This document shows positions 41,322 to 58,597 of a stretch of 64,000 nucleotides of DNA, piece after piece. Under the pieces are notes generated by a model. It had not been told where the DNA came from, did not search any database, and saw nothing but the letters and a program-made list of their open reading frames with translations. The DNA comes from Eledone cirrhosa (Eukaryota): the NCBI GenBank assembly GCA_964016885.1, contig OZ024759.1, positions 10,416,001-10,480,000 on the forward strand. Direction: 5' to 3'. The position numbers and the translations under genes were made by a program. Positions within the stretch are counted from its first letter, which is position 1; each line of letters begins with the position of its first letter.

Positions 41322-42570
41322 AGGCACATGGCTCAGTGGTTAGAGCATTGGACTTGCAATCAAAAGGTTGTGAGTTCAATTCTCAGACCGGATGATGTGT
41401 TGTTTCCTTGAGCAAGACACTTTATTTCACATTGCTCCAGTTTACTCAGCTGTAGAAATGAGATGATAGGGACTGGGGTCCCTATCATTCCACTGCAAAG
41501 TATGGACTGGGAGGTTTTTACCGTGTTACCTACACGGCCACATTACAGCGTGGACTGTGTGTTCTTTTGTCGTGACACCTACACGACCTCATTTATTTCG
41601 GACTGGATGTTGTGGTACCAACATAACTTCACATTTAAGGGGGTGGTGTGGATATGGGGTGGGGGTGTATTTTTGTTAGAGGTGCCTACTGACTGTAGGT
41701 TTCGCTTTGTACTTAGGCAAGGCGGGTCTTCTGTATTACTGCGTAGCGCCAAAGATCTCGGTCCAGTGACATTGTCTTGGAGAGGTGTAAGTGTGTGAGG
41801 TCGGAATTTATCAAGTCGCCCCAGGTTTTTCTGGGTCTGCCTACTCCGTGGCTACCATCTATTTTTATGCCCTGCACTTTTTTATACAGCTGTCGTCTTT
41901 CATGCGCATCACGTGACCATACCAACGTAGTCTTCTCTCGAGTAAACAACATCTGATCCCTCTTATTCCTAATTTCTCCCTTAGTTCATTTATGCTTTGC
42001 CGTTCACGTATATTACTATTACACATCTAACGGAGCATACAAGCTTCATTCCTCTCCAGTCTGCGTATATCCTCTGCACACAATGCCCAAGTCTCACTGC
42101 CATGTAACATTGTTGTTCGTATGCAGGCATCATACAACCTGCCTTTCATTTTTAGAGAGAACCCTTTAGCGGCCAATAGTGGTATAAGCTCTCTGAACTT
42201 TTTCCATCCCGTTCTGACTCTAGCTACTGTACTTTCAGAGCACCCTCCACCACTGCTGATTTTATCACCCAGGTAACGGAAACTGTCCACTATTTCTATA
42301 GAACCATCTGTGCAATGGAATGAGTTAGTATTCTGTGGGCACTTACTGCTACTTATTGCACCTGAGCACCAGCCACATATAAAATCTCTATTCTTAGTTA
42401 GCTTACCTGTGATCCCACTACATCTTTTACGCACCCATACTTTGCATTTGGGACATAAAATGGAGTTTCTGTCTACTCCTTTCCTACACACTGAGCATGG
42501 CCATTTCCCAGATGGGACCAGTGCCCTATTTTCCTTCCTACAAACTAGAACTTTAGTCTTAGACAGGTTA
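41322..42570. mobile_element. SINE A 5' half (+) fused to a decayed RTE-2 LINE fragment (-) that includes the PHD-like finger
   Basis: Junction ccactgcaaagt|atggactgggagg. ORF 42027-42570 is homologous to the C-terminal quarter of the intact LINE. Another fragment lies at 44125-44640 (+). Confidence 0.85.
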
Positions 42571-42585
42571 ATTTTATAAATACAC

Positions 42586-42636
<51 letters not shown>

Positions 42637-42987
42637 TATCTATAAATACAGACGTATATATATATACACACAGATATCTATAAATACACACGTGTATATA
42701 TATATATACATACACACACACACATCTATAAATACACATACATATATAAATATACACTCCCACTCACATATATATTCACACACATATATATATACACACA
42801 TCTATATATATATACACACACACACACACACATACATATATATACTCTCACACACACATCTATATATATATACACACACACATACATATATATACTCACA
42901 CACACATATACACATATATATATATACACACACACATACTTATATATATATATATACACACAAACACATATATATATATATATACAC

Positions 42988-43022
<35 letters not shown>

Positions 43023-43429
43023 TAAGTGGTGACTAACAGTAGAATCCGCTTGGCTTTTCAACAATCACTATTGATTTATTGATTTGCCACTAATTATAGA
43101 AGTAGGGAGGACTTTTACTGATTAAATTTTCACTAAAAAATACTGTATTAGTAATTAGTGCAAGTCAGCATATTGTTTGATGTTGGTATTGTTTAAACCG
43201 GACAGAATTCTCTCACCTCTTTCTGTTCAGACTGACTGAGACTAGCCACTCATACTGATGTTACAGTATTGTTCTCACAATAAATATCAAAACCTCATAG
43301 ATTCAATATTATGCGAGATAATTATGTGAGATAAAGTCTTAACCACAAAATTATAATAGTATATATAGAGTAATGTAAATGGTAAAACGTGTCTATTTAT
43401 ATATACATTTTAATGATATATATATATAT

Positions 43430-43628
43430 ATATATGAATGTATATACAGTGTATTTTGCAATACACTGTATGCTTAATTAAAAGCATTTTGAAGACCTTA
43501 CACTATTGTTTTAAAGTAATGACTATGTCACTTACTTCTTTTTTCAGCAAACAAAGGGAGATAAGTGTAAGTCTTCAAAATGCTTTTAATTAAGCATACA
43601 GTGTATTGCAAAATACACTATATATACA

Positions 43629-43635
<7 letters not shown>
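43430..43635. repeat. Foldback element with arms of about 75 bp in (TA)n
   Basis: tgaatgtatata...gcttaattaaaagcattttgaagaccttacact versus agtgtaagtcttcaaaatgcttttaattaagc...tatatacattca. Confidence 0.92.
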
Positions 43636-43676
<41 letters not shown>

Positions 43677-43775
43677 TAACAATAATAATTTCAGCTTTTT
43701 GTAAACTTTATTACATATTACAAATTGTTTCCATATTGATCAGCTCGGGTTTAATCATGTGATTGGATCCCACCT

Positions 43776-43883
<108 letters not shown>

Positions 43884-45079
43884 CCAAACCTGGAAGCATG
43901 GCCTAGAATCAAAAGGTCTTAAAGTTAAGTTGCAGGCTATTACATTACTCTATATATACTATTGTATTCTCATGGTAAAGGTTTTATCTCACATAATATG
44001 AATCTGAGATTTGGATATTATTTATTTTGAGAACAATACCTTAACATCAGTATGAGCAGCTGGTTATTGTCAGTTTGAACAGAAAGAGGTGTGAGAATTC
44101 TGGCCAGATACAGCCAGTTTAAATGGCTGCCCATGGGAACTTCTATGTGCAGATGATCTAACTCTCATAGCTGAATCTATGGCTGAACTGCACAAGAAAT
44201 TCCAAACATGGAAGCATGGCCTAGAATCTAAAGGCCTTAAAGTTAACTTGTCTAACACTAAAGTTCTAGTTTGTAGAAAGGAAAATAGGGCACAGGTGCC
44301 CTCTGGGAAATGGCCCTGCTCAGTGTGTAGGAAAGGAGTAGGTAGAAATTCCATTCTATGTCCCAAATGCAAAAGATGTAGTGGATCAGAGGTAAGCTAT
44401 CTAAGAATGTAGGTTTTATATGTGGCCGATACTCAGGTGCAATAAGTAGCAAGGGCCCACAATATACTAGCTCCATCAAATGGTTGGTGTTAGGAAGGGC
44501 ATCCAACTGTAGAAAACCTAGCCAGAAACAGTTCTATATGAGCAAGACTTGGTCACCTGACCCAACTTGCTTCTAAAAGGGACAAACCCATCTAACCCTA
44601 GCTAACGTGAAAAATGGACGTTAAACGATGATGATGATGATATATAGTGAAGGCAGCGAATTGACAGAGTTGTTAGAACATCAGATAGAATGTGTTGTGG
44701 TATTCATTCCTGTTCACTGCTCCCTCAGCTCAAATCCTGCCGAGGTCAACTTTGCCTTTCATCCATTCAAGGCCAATATTTAAAAAATACCAGTCTTGTA
44801 CTGGAGTTGATTCTGCCTCTATATTCCTTCCTCACATCCATTCCCTCGCTCTATCCTTATCTGTTGTATTCACACCTGGAGATGGGCTCTGCTGGGTTTT
44901 AAAAAGCCCCCAGAAAGCCGTAATTTAATGCGGCATCCATACGACTGCCTTGGGAGTCACAGGACTTAAGAGTACATATTTATAGTTGATACGTTTCAAT
45001 AGATATATCTAAAACTACTTGGAAGACATTTTGATAAAATATCTGATAAACTTTAACAAATAAACACTCAAATTCACAC

Positions 45080-49927
<4,848 letters not shown>

Positions 49928-52900
49928 ATCATCATCATCATTTTACGTCCGCTTTTCCCTGCTTGCAAGGGTGGGACGGGTCTTATTCAGCACAGCATCT
50001 CTCCACTCGTCACGGTCCCTCGTCATCTCCACCGTGAGCTTCAATGATCTGAGGTCTGTTCTCACCACCTCCGCCCATGTTTTTCGTGGTCTACCTCTAC
50101 TACGTCTTCCTTCAACTGGCATTTCCTGGCACTTCTTCACCCATCGGTCATCCTCCATGCGCATCACATGTCCATACCACCTCAGTCTCCTCTCCCGTAC
50201 ACTACATTCTATCCCTCTCAGACACAGTTTCTCTCTCAACACATTTATGCTGGGTCGTTCACGCACATTTACACTGCACATCCAACGGAGCATGCTTGCC
50301 TCATTTCTCTCCAGCCGTCGCATATCTTCTGCGGTAGCTGCCCATGTCTCACTACCATGCAGCATCGCGCTCCTCACACAGGCATCATACAACCGGCCTT
50401 TCGTACGCAGGGAGAAACCCTTCTTCGTCAACAGAGTAAGCAGCTCCCTAAACTTCTTCCAACCCGTCCTTATTCGAGATACTATGGCCTCGGAACACCC
50501 TCCTCCCACGCTAATCTGATCTCCTAGGTACCGGAAGCTATCCACCACTTCTATAGCGCCCTCTCGCATTTGAAAAATGTGTCTATCAGTGCGACTTCTA
50601 CTGTCTAATTTCCCTGTACATCTACTGCATACATATTTCTCCCTACCTGTTAGTTTGCCTGCTATCCCGCTACATCTCTTGTGTACCCAGGACCTACATT
50701 GTGTGCATTTTATAGAATTTATGCCAGTTCCTTTTCTGCATATCGAACATGGCCATTTCCCTGACGGAATCAGGGTTTTGTCCTCTTTTCTACTCATCAA
50801 CACTTTTGTCTTAGCTAGATTTACTCTCAGTCCTCTTGCTTCCAACTGCTGTTTCCATAGCCGGAATTTATTCTCTAGCTCCTCTACTGATTCTGCCATA
50901 AGAGCCAGATCGTCAGCATAGAGAAGTTCCCATGGACAGCCAGTCTTAAACTCCTCTGTTATGGCTTGGAGGACTATAATGAACAAGAGCGGGCTGAGGA
51001 CCGAACCCTGATGTACTCCTACTTGTATCTGGAATTCCTCACTAAACTCCATTCCTACCCTGACTTTACTGAGAGTACCTCTGTACAAAGTTTGCACTGT
51101 CCTTACAAGCCATTCCTCAACACCCAGCTTCCTTAGGGACCACCAGATGACAGATCGGGGTACCCTATCAAAGGCCTTCTCTAGGTCAACAAAGGCCAAG
51201 TATAGTGGCTTATTCTTCTCTAAGAACCTCTCTTGCATTTGTCTCACCAAGAAGAGGGCATCTGTTGTACTCTTCCCAGGCACAAAACCAAACTGCATCT
51301 CATCTAGTTTGACCCTTTCTCTAATTAGTTGTGCTAAAATCCTTTCTGCCACTTTCATAACCTGATCTATCAGTTTTATACCCCTATAATTGCTCCTCTC
51401 CAAAGCATCCCCTTTACCTTTGTAGCAATTTATGAGAATACTGCTGCACCAGTCTTTGGGTATGACACCACCATATATAGCCTGATTGATTATGCGTGCA
51501 ACCAGTTTAGTGCCTACGTCCCCTGATGCCTTCAGCATCTCAGCAACTATTCCCGATGGTCCGGCCGCCTTACCATTTTTCATTTCCCTAATCGCCTCTT
51601 GGACCCTATATTCGTCAATCTCAATAGCTGGTCCCTCTGTCGGATCTACCAAGGGTAATTTCTCTCTCTCCCATTCGTTCTCCACATTCATCAGTCTCTC
51701 ATAATGGCATTTCCAGGCCTCCTTTTTCTGGTCATTCGTGACACTAAGTACACCGGCATCATCCCGGACACATTTATCACCAACAACATCCTGATTTGCA
51801 TTGACACACTGCCTTGCAATGTGGAACACCGCACGCCTCTGATCTTCCCGTCGCAGAACATTGGCAAACCTCTTACTCTCTGCCTCCCTGCGTGCTAAGT
51901 ACACCTGACGTCTAGCTTCTCTCTTAGTGGCTGTATATTCTTCCCTACTCCCACCCTTATTCCAAGCCTTCCATGCTAGTCTTTTGTCTCTAATAGCCTT
52001 ATCTACACTGCTGTTCCACCACCAGGTCACTCTCTGTCTGGTTGGGGCTCTGCTCCAGCCACAAGTTTCATCAGTAGCCTTCAGCAAGTTGTCACGTAAG
52101 AACTTCCAGTTATCTATGTCATACGTCTCTAAATCGTCTTCTTTTTCGTCATATACATCTTGAAGGGCTTTCCTAAATTTGAATTTTAGTGAAAGGTCTT
52201 TTAGCTTCCAGACCTTTCTTCTCCACACCTTCCTATATGGCTCATTCCATCTCTTGCTTACTGAGATATCACTAACAACTAACCTATGCTGTGGGGTACA
52301 TTCTTCCCCAGGGTATGCCTTGGTATTAGACACTATCTGCCTGTCCCGCTGCCTAACTAGCAGGAAGTCAATCTGGCTTATGTGCTCACCAGATTTGTAG
52401 GTTATTAGGTGATTGGCAGGTTTCTGGAAGTTTGTGTTGCAAATAGTCAATGTACTTGCATCACAAAATTCAAGAAGTCTCACTCCTTCTTCATTTCTTG
52501 AACCGTAACCATGCCCACCATGTACCCCAGTGTAACCATCCTGGAGCTGTCCAACATGACCATTGAAGTCCCCTGCTAGCATAACGATGTCTCCGTCCTC
52601 TGTCATTGTGGTTGTTTGCAAAAGTTGCTCATAAAAGCAGTCTTTCTCATCTTTGCCTAGGCCTGCTTGGGGAGCATAGACCGAGATGATTGTCAGTAGT
52701 CTCCTACCTACAACTAATCTAAGCTTAATTATTCGATTACTAACTCGAACTACCTCTATTGTCTTATTGATCCATTTCTCAGCCAGGAAAATGCCTACTC
52801 CCCCTAACCCATCATCCTTACCTACCCAGAATAGCTTATAGCTAAGACGCTTGCCTACGACTAGTCTCGCAGAGGCACCTCTCCATCTCACCTCTTGCAC

Positions 52901-53178
52901 GCAGCACACATCCACCTGCCTTCTCTCCAGCATCTCCGCTATTTCAGCAGATCTACCTCTGAGAGTGCCAACATTAAGTGTTGCAACTCTGAGATGCGAC
53001 GTCTTCATATTTTTTTTTTTCTATGCTGTTTTGTTGCTGTGCTGATAAGCTTTTTGGCATTGATACACTGGTTGGATGCCCTTCCTAACACCAGCGCCAC
53101 TTTACAGCATGGACTGGGTGCTTTTATTTGTGCCACCAGCACTAGAGAGGATGTCTTACTAGACTCAAGGGCCCTCTC
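49928..53178 (-). mobile_element. Apparently full-length RTE-clade LINE
   Basis: Single intact ORF with a 5' UTR of about 170 bp. A (TGA)n tail directly follows the stop. It sits in TA-rich microsatellite; no TSD is resolvable. Confidence 0.95.
49943..53008 (-). CDS. RTE LINE protein, 1021 aa: AP endonuclease, reverse transcriptase and an inserted C4HC3 (PHD-like) finger
   Basis: APE motifs TLNVGTL, VQEVRW, GDFNGH, IDFLL, QHRLV. RT motifs [31 protein letters not shown]-terminal RLRWYGHV and RGRPRKTW are typical of RTE. Confidence 0.97.
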   Translation of the reverse strand: MKTSHLRVATLNVGTLRGRSAEIAEMLERRQVDVCCVQEVRWRGASARLVVGKRLSYKLFWVGKDDGLGGVGIFLAEKWINKTIEVVRVSNRIIKLRLVVGRRLLTIISVYAPQAGLGKDEKDCFYEQLLQTTTMTEDGDIVMLAGDFNGHVGQLQDGYTGVHGGHGYGSRNEEGVRLLEFCDASTLTICNTNFQKPANHLITYKSGEHISQIDFLLVRQRDRQIVSNTKAYPGEECTPQHRLVVSDISVSKRWNEPYRKVWRRKVWKLKDLSLKFKFRKALQDVYDEKEDDLETYDIDNWKFLRDNLLKATDETCGWSRAPTRQRVTWWWNSSVDKAIRDKRLAWKAWNKGGSREEYTATKREARRQVYLARREAESKRFANVLRREDQRRAVFHIARQCVNANQDVVGDKCVRDDAGVLSVTNDQKKEAWKCHYERLMNVENEWEREKLPLVDPTEGPAIEIDEYRVQEAIREMKNGKAAGPSGIVAEMLKASGDVGTKLVARIINQAIYGGVIPKDWCSSILINCYKGKGDALERSNYRGIKLIDQVMKVAERILAQLIRERVKLDEMQFGFVPGKSTTDALFLVRQMQERFLEKNKPLYLAFVDLEKAFDRVPRSVIWWSLRKLGVEEWLVRTVQTLYRGTLSKVRVGMEFSEEFQIQVGVHQGSVLSPLLFIIVLQAITEEFKTGCPWELLYADDLALMAESVEELENKFRLWKQQLEARGLRVNLAKTKVLMSRKEDKTLIPSGKWPCSICRKGTGINSIKCTQCRSWVHKRCSGIAGKLTGREKYVCSRCTGKLDSRSRTDRHIFQMREGAIEVVDSFRYLGDQISVGGGCSEAIVSRIRTGWKKFRELLTLLTKKGFSLRTKGRLYDACVRSAMLHGSETWAATAEDMRRLERNEASMLRWMCSVNVRERPSINVLREKLCLRGIECSVRERRLRWYGHVMRMEDDRWVKKCQEMPVEGRRSRGRPRKTWAEVVRTDLRSLKLTVEMTRDRDEWRDAVLNKTRPTLASREKRT

Positions 53179-53198
53179 TATATATATATATATATGTC

Positions 53199-53231
<33 letters not shown>

Positions 53232-55441
53232 GTCTATCTATGTATATATATATATATGTCTATGTATATATATATATGTCTATCATCAGTTCCTGTATGA
53301 GCAAGACAAGGTCAGCCGACCAGACACTGCCCACAACAGGACAACCCGTCTAACCCATGCTAGCGTGGAAGAACGGACGTAAAACGGTGATGATGATGAT
53401 GATGATGATATATATATATATATATATATATGTCTATGTATATATATATATATATATGTCTATGTATATAGATATATATATATATATATATATATGTCTA
53501 TGTATATAGATATATATATATGTCTATGTATATATGTCTATGTATATATATATATATGTCTATGTATCATCATCATCATCAACGTTTAACGTCCGTGTTC
53601 CACGCTTGCATGGGTTTGGACGGGGGTATATATATATATATATATGCCTATGTATATATATATATATATATGTCTATGTATATATATGTATATATATATA
53701 TATATATGTCTATGTATATATATGTATATATATATATATATATGTCTATGTATATATATGTATATATATATATATATATGTCTATGTATATATATGTATA
53801 TATATATATATATATGTCTATGTATATATATGTATATATATATATATATATGTCTATGTATATGTATATATATATATGTCTATGTATATATATATATATG
53901 TCTATGTATATATATATATATATGTCTATGTATATATATATATATATATATATATGTCTATGTATATATATATATATATATATATATGTCTATGTATATA
54001 TATATATGTGTATATATATATATATATGTCTATGTATATATATATATATATATGTCTATGTATGTATATATATATATGTCTATGTATGTATATATATATA
54101 TGTCTATATATATGTCTATATATATGTCTATATATATATATATATATATATAGTATTAGTTATACTATTTATGGTTATGTAAATACAAAACCTTAAGCAG
54201 TTATAAGTATTTTACACACACCCTAAATAGTGGTAGGCAGTAATGTATTACTACCTTATTACCAGTAAGTTAAGTATATATATATATATATGTCTATGTA
54301 TGTATAACCAAATATTAATATGGTTCATTGATTACTCAATGAATAGTTTTACAATAGATTAAAAGCACTCAACAGTAAACATTTTCCTGGAGTTTTTAAT
54401 ATTATTCAAAATATTAACAAATGAAGACATTCACATGATCAAAATATATGCTTTATTATATATATTTCAAAGGTACTGTGTTGTTTTTTCAGTACGTCCT
54501 CGTCAGATAAAATACATGAATTGATGTATGACATACCTCTACGGTCTTGATGGTTCAATTCCTGTATTGGCAGTGATTTATTTCATCAAATCTCAACATT
54601 TATATATCACAAATAATAATATGATAAACATAAAGAAGAAAAGGACGTGGAGAGCATTAGAGATATAAGAGAGGGTGTAAAGAGGAGGAAGGCAAGAAAA
54701 AAAGAATAAATAAATAAATACATACATAAATATTTAAATGAATAAAAAATAAATAAATGGATGGATGAATAGAGGAAGAAGAAAGGAGAAATAACGACGA
54801 AAGAGGGGGAACATAAAATATATGTGGGGATAGATAGAATAAAATCGTTGTTTTCAAATATTAGGCCAATTGATGCAACCAATCAATTACCATAAACTAT
54901 TGAATATCTCTTGTATTTGATTATGGTTAAGTTAATTATACATCTATATTATATCAAAATTAGTCAATATACATTACTTTTTAGAGCCGTCACATAATTG
55001 GTTTATTTAAAAATTTATATAATTTAATTTAACTCATTATAGATTATAATTTTTGGTTTAGGTAATATATTCCTTAAGTACTTTGTTACAACTTTTAAAA
55101 AATGTTATCTTTAAAGCAAATTTAAATAATTATTAATTATGCATTTAAAATATATAATAAAATACATATATCACCATCAATATATATAATATATTAAGAT
55201 CATTTTTTAGCCGAATTTTTTTAATTTAAATAGGATATTTTCTTTATAAAATCATTTCTATTCTTTAATTATCATATAATTACAGGATTAAATTGCAGTT
55301 ATATTTACTCACAAAAGTTTTATTTCGTTAATTTATTTTTACTTTTGTAATTACATGTCATTATAGTTTCCTTTTAAAGATATTCTTATATTATTAAATT
55401 ACATAATTCATGTCAAATATAATTTAGTAAGCTATTCAAAT

Positions 55442-56002
55442 GGAGGCACATGGCTTAGTGGTTGGAGCATTAGCCTTGCAATCGAAAGGTTGTGAGTTCA
55501 ATTCTCAGACCGGGTGATGTGTTGTTTCCTTGAGCAAGACACTTTATTTCATATTGCTCCAGTTTACTCAGCTGTAGAAATGAGATGATAGGACTGGGGT
55601 CCCTATCATTCCACTGCAAAGTGGTCATGGAGGTGCCACGGCATAAAAAGCACCCAGCACTCACTGTAAATGAGGTTGGTGTTAGGAAGGGCATCCAGCT
55701 GTAGAAATCAAGCCAGAATCAATTCCCGTCCCACCCTTGCAAGCAGGGAGAAGCGAACGTAAAATGAAATGATGATGATTCAAACAGAATAAAAATATTT
55801 AGGAAGAATATAAACAAAAGGAAGATAACTCATTCATCATATGTTCACATTTAACTACTCTGAAATCTAGTGATATTTCTTAACCATAAATCAACAATTG
55901 TCAAGTTAAATATTGAACTGTCTTAATCAAAACATAGGATACAGAGACTTTATTATCCTTTCCATAAACTCAATGAGAACTTAATATATATATATATATC
56001 TG

Positions 56003-56033
<31 letters not shown>

Positions 56034-56455
56034 GTGTGTGTGTGTGTAATATATCATCATTTTCATCATCATTTCATTTTACGTCCGCTTTTTCCCTGCT
56101 TGCAAGGGTGGGACGGGAACTGATTCTGGCTTGATTTCTACAGCTGGATGCCCTTCCTAACACCAACCTCATTTACAGTGAGTGCTGGGTGCTTTTTTGC
56201 CGTGGCACCTCCACGACCACTTTGCAGTGGAATGATAGGGACCCCAGTCCCTATCATCTCATTTCTACAGCTGAGTAAACTGGAGCAATGTGAAATAAAG
56301 TGTCTTGCTCAAGGAAACAACACATCACCTGGTCTGAGAATTGAACTCACAACCTTTCGATTGCAAGGCCAATGCTCTAACCACTAAGCCATGTGCCTCC
56401 ATATATATATATATACTACACACACACACACACACATATATAACTGTGTGTGTGT

Positions 56456-56531
<76 letters not shown>

Positions 56532-56759
56532 AGGCACATGGCTTAGTGGGTAGAGCATTGGCCTTGCAATCGAAAGGTTGTGAGTTCAATTCTCAGACCG
56601 GGTGATGTGTTGTTTCCTTGAGCAAGACACTTTATTTCACATTACTCAGCTGTAGAAATGAGATGGTAGGGACTGGGTTCCCTCTCATTCCACTGCAAAG
56701 TGGTCATGGAGGTGCCACGGCAAAAAAGCACCCAGCACTCACTGTAAATGAGGTTGGTG
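55442..56759. mobile_element. Cluster of three SINE A copies: 55442-55779 (+), 56053-56400 (-), 56530-56759 (+, truncated)
   Basis: High identity to other family A copies. Confidence 0.93.
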
Positions 56760-58098
56760 CAAGCATGCATGCATGAATGATGGCTGCCCCCTCGTTATAC
56801 CATTATTATTAATTATACATACATAGATATATATACATACATAGACATATATATATAAATACATACATAGACATATATATATATAATTATATATATAGAG
56901 ATTTTTTTTTTTTATTTCCCCTCGTCTTTAACAGCACTCTTCAATTACATCTAACTCTTATTTATCATATCTATATGCATTAATATAATTTTATCAATAT
57001 AAATATACCTATCAATTTAATTAATTTATTTTATTTTCATAGATGTAAATTCCATATATATATTTTTTTTTCACTAACACTTTTATCGTAAAATTTTAGT
57101 CTCCTTAGATATTTACATTGGCATTATTCTTTTATAACAGCAATTTTTCGTGTACCTTTTACCGACCTGACCTATTTTCACCCCTAAAATAACCTTTTCA
57201 TTCTTCATACCCCTTCCATTCAAAACTGAAATCTGCCTTCTTCTACCCCTAAATTAAAGTTCCATTACTACTATTTTACCATTTAGCCAGTTATTACCTT
57301 TCTATTGGTTAATTTAAAACTGTTCCCAAACAGACCTATTATATTAAATCTTTGTTGGATTTAGGGCGGTGGATTGGCAGTATCGGTAGAGGGTCGGACG
57401 CCATGCTTTCCAGCATAGTTACGTCCCTTTACGATCTGAGTTCAAATCCCGCCGAGGTTGACTTTGCCTTTCATCCTTACGGGGTCGATAAAATAAAGTA
57501 CCAGTAATGCACTGGATAATTGCTGGCCTTGTGCCTAAAGTAGAAACAATTATATTAAATCTTTGTTGGTTTTATTCAATGAACAAATATAATTATTTCT
57601 GAAGACAGCATATGACCTATTTTCATCCCTAAAATAATCTTTCATTCATAATATTCTTTCCATCCAAAACTGAAATCTACCTTCCTCTACCCCTAAATTA
57701 AGGTTCTTTTACTACTAGTTTACCATCTTGACCTTCACTATCTTTCTATTGGTCAATTCAAAACCTGTTCCCAAACAGACCTATTGTATTAAATCTTTGT
57801 TGGTTTTTTTCAATAAACAAATATCATTATTTCTGAAGACAGCATATATATGTGTAGGTATGTATATTCCCTCTGATAGTTTGTATAAATATTTTACATA
57901 GATCTATAGGATATGCATACCAACACTAACATATATATCCTAGAAACGATCGTAAAATGATGAATTTTTTAATATAAGGAACTGTTTCTTTGTTTATTCA
58001 TTATTTTTATTAATTTATATATATATATATAAATACATACATAGATATACATATATACATACATAGATAGATATATATATATATATATATATACATAT

Positions 58099-58161
<63 letters not shown>

Positions 58162-58478
58162 TACATACACACATATATATATATATATATGTGTGTGTAT
58201 TATGCAAAAGTATATGAACTCCAACCACAGCCGGCTATTCCCAGTGAATGTTTTGGTTGCCAACTCTGTGCCAGACATTTTAGATCATTGGCTGGACTGA
58301 AAAGCCACATTTGATCGCAGCACCGTATCGTATATATAGAGTAATGTAAATGTTAAAGGGTTAAAATACCTACATGGTCCTCATTCAGCACTCATTTTAG
58401 TGGACTTTCAAGAAATTTATTCCAGTGAAACATTGAAATATTGTTTGTATGTTTGATATGAAGTTTGTTTTGTCTCAG

Positions 58479-58597
58479 GTTCTACCCACGGTGGAAAGAG
58501 TATGAATCCATACAAGCTCAGTCTTTACATTTTTCTCTCGATGAAAGCCAGTGGGAACATGATTGGGCAGTGTTGCTTAGTCTTGCCAGCCAGCCAG
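58479..58597 (+). CDS. ZRANB1: TRABID/ZRANB1 exon C (119 bp, phase 2-1): (M)FYPRWKEYESIQAQSLHFSLDESQWEHDWAVLLSLASQP(G)
   Basis: Acceptor tttgtctcag; donor gtaaga at 58598. AT+G gives Met across the B/C junction. Matches recalled TRABID FYTRWKDWE...LHFSLREEQWQEDWAFILSLASQPG. Confidence 0.95.

Noticed and set aside
53110-53180. HDV-like ribozyme at the RTE 5' end (tagagagg/cctctcta stem with nested gtct/agac)
   Set aside because: The topology is loosely suggestive, but I could not place P2, the P1.1 pairs or the conserved L3 bases. It needs a motif search.
54200-55440. Very AT-rich segment as a possible mitochondrial insertion
   Set aside because: No recognisable mitochondrial gene, tRNA or rRNA motif.
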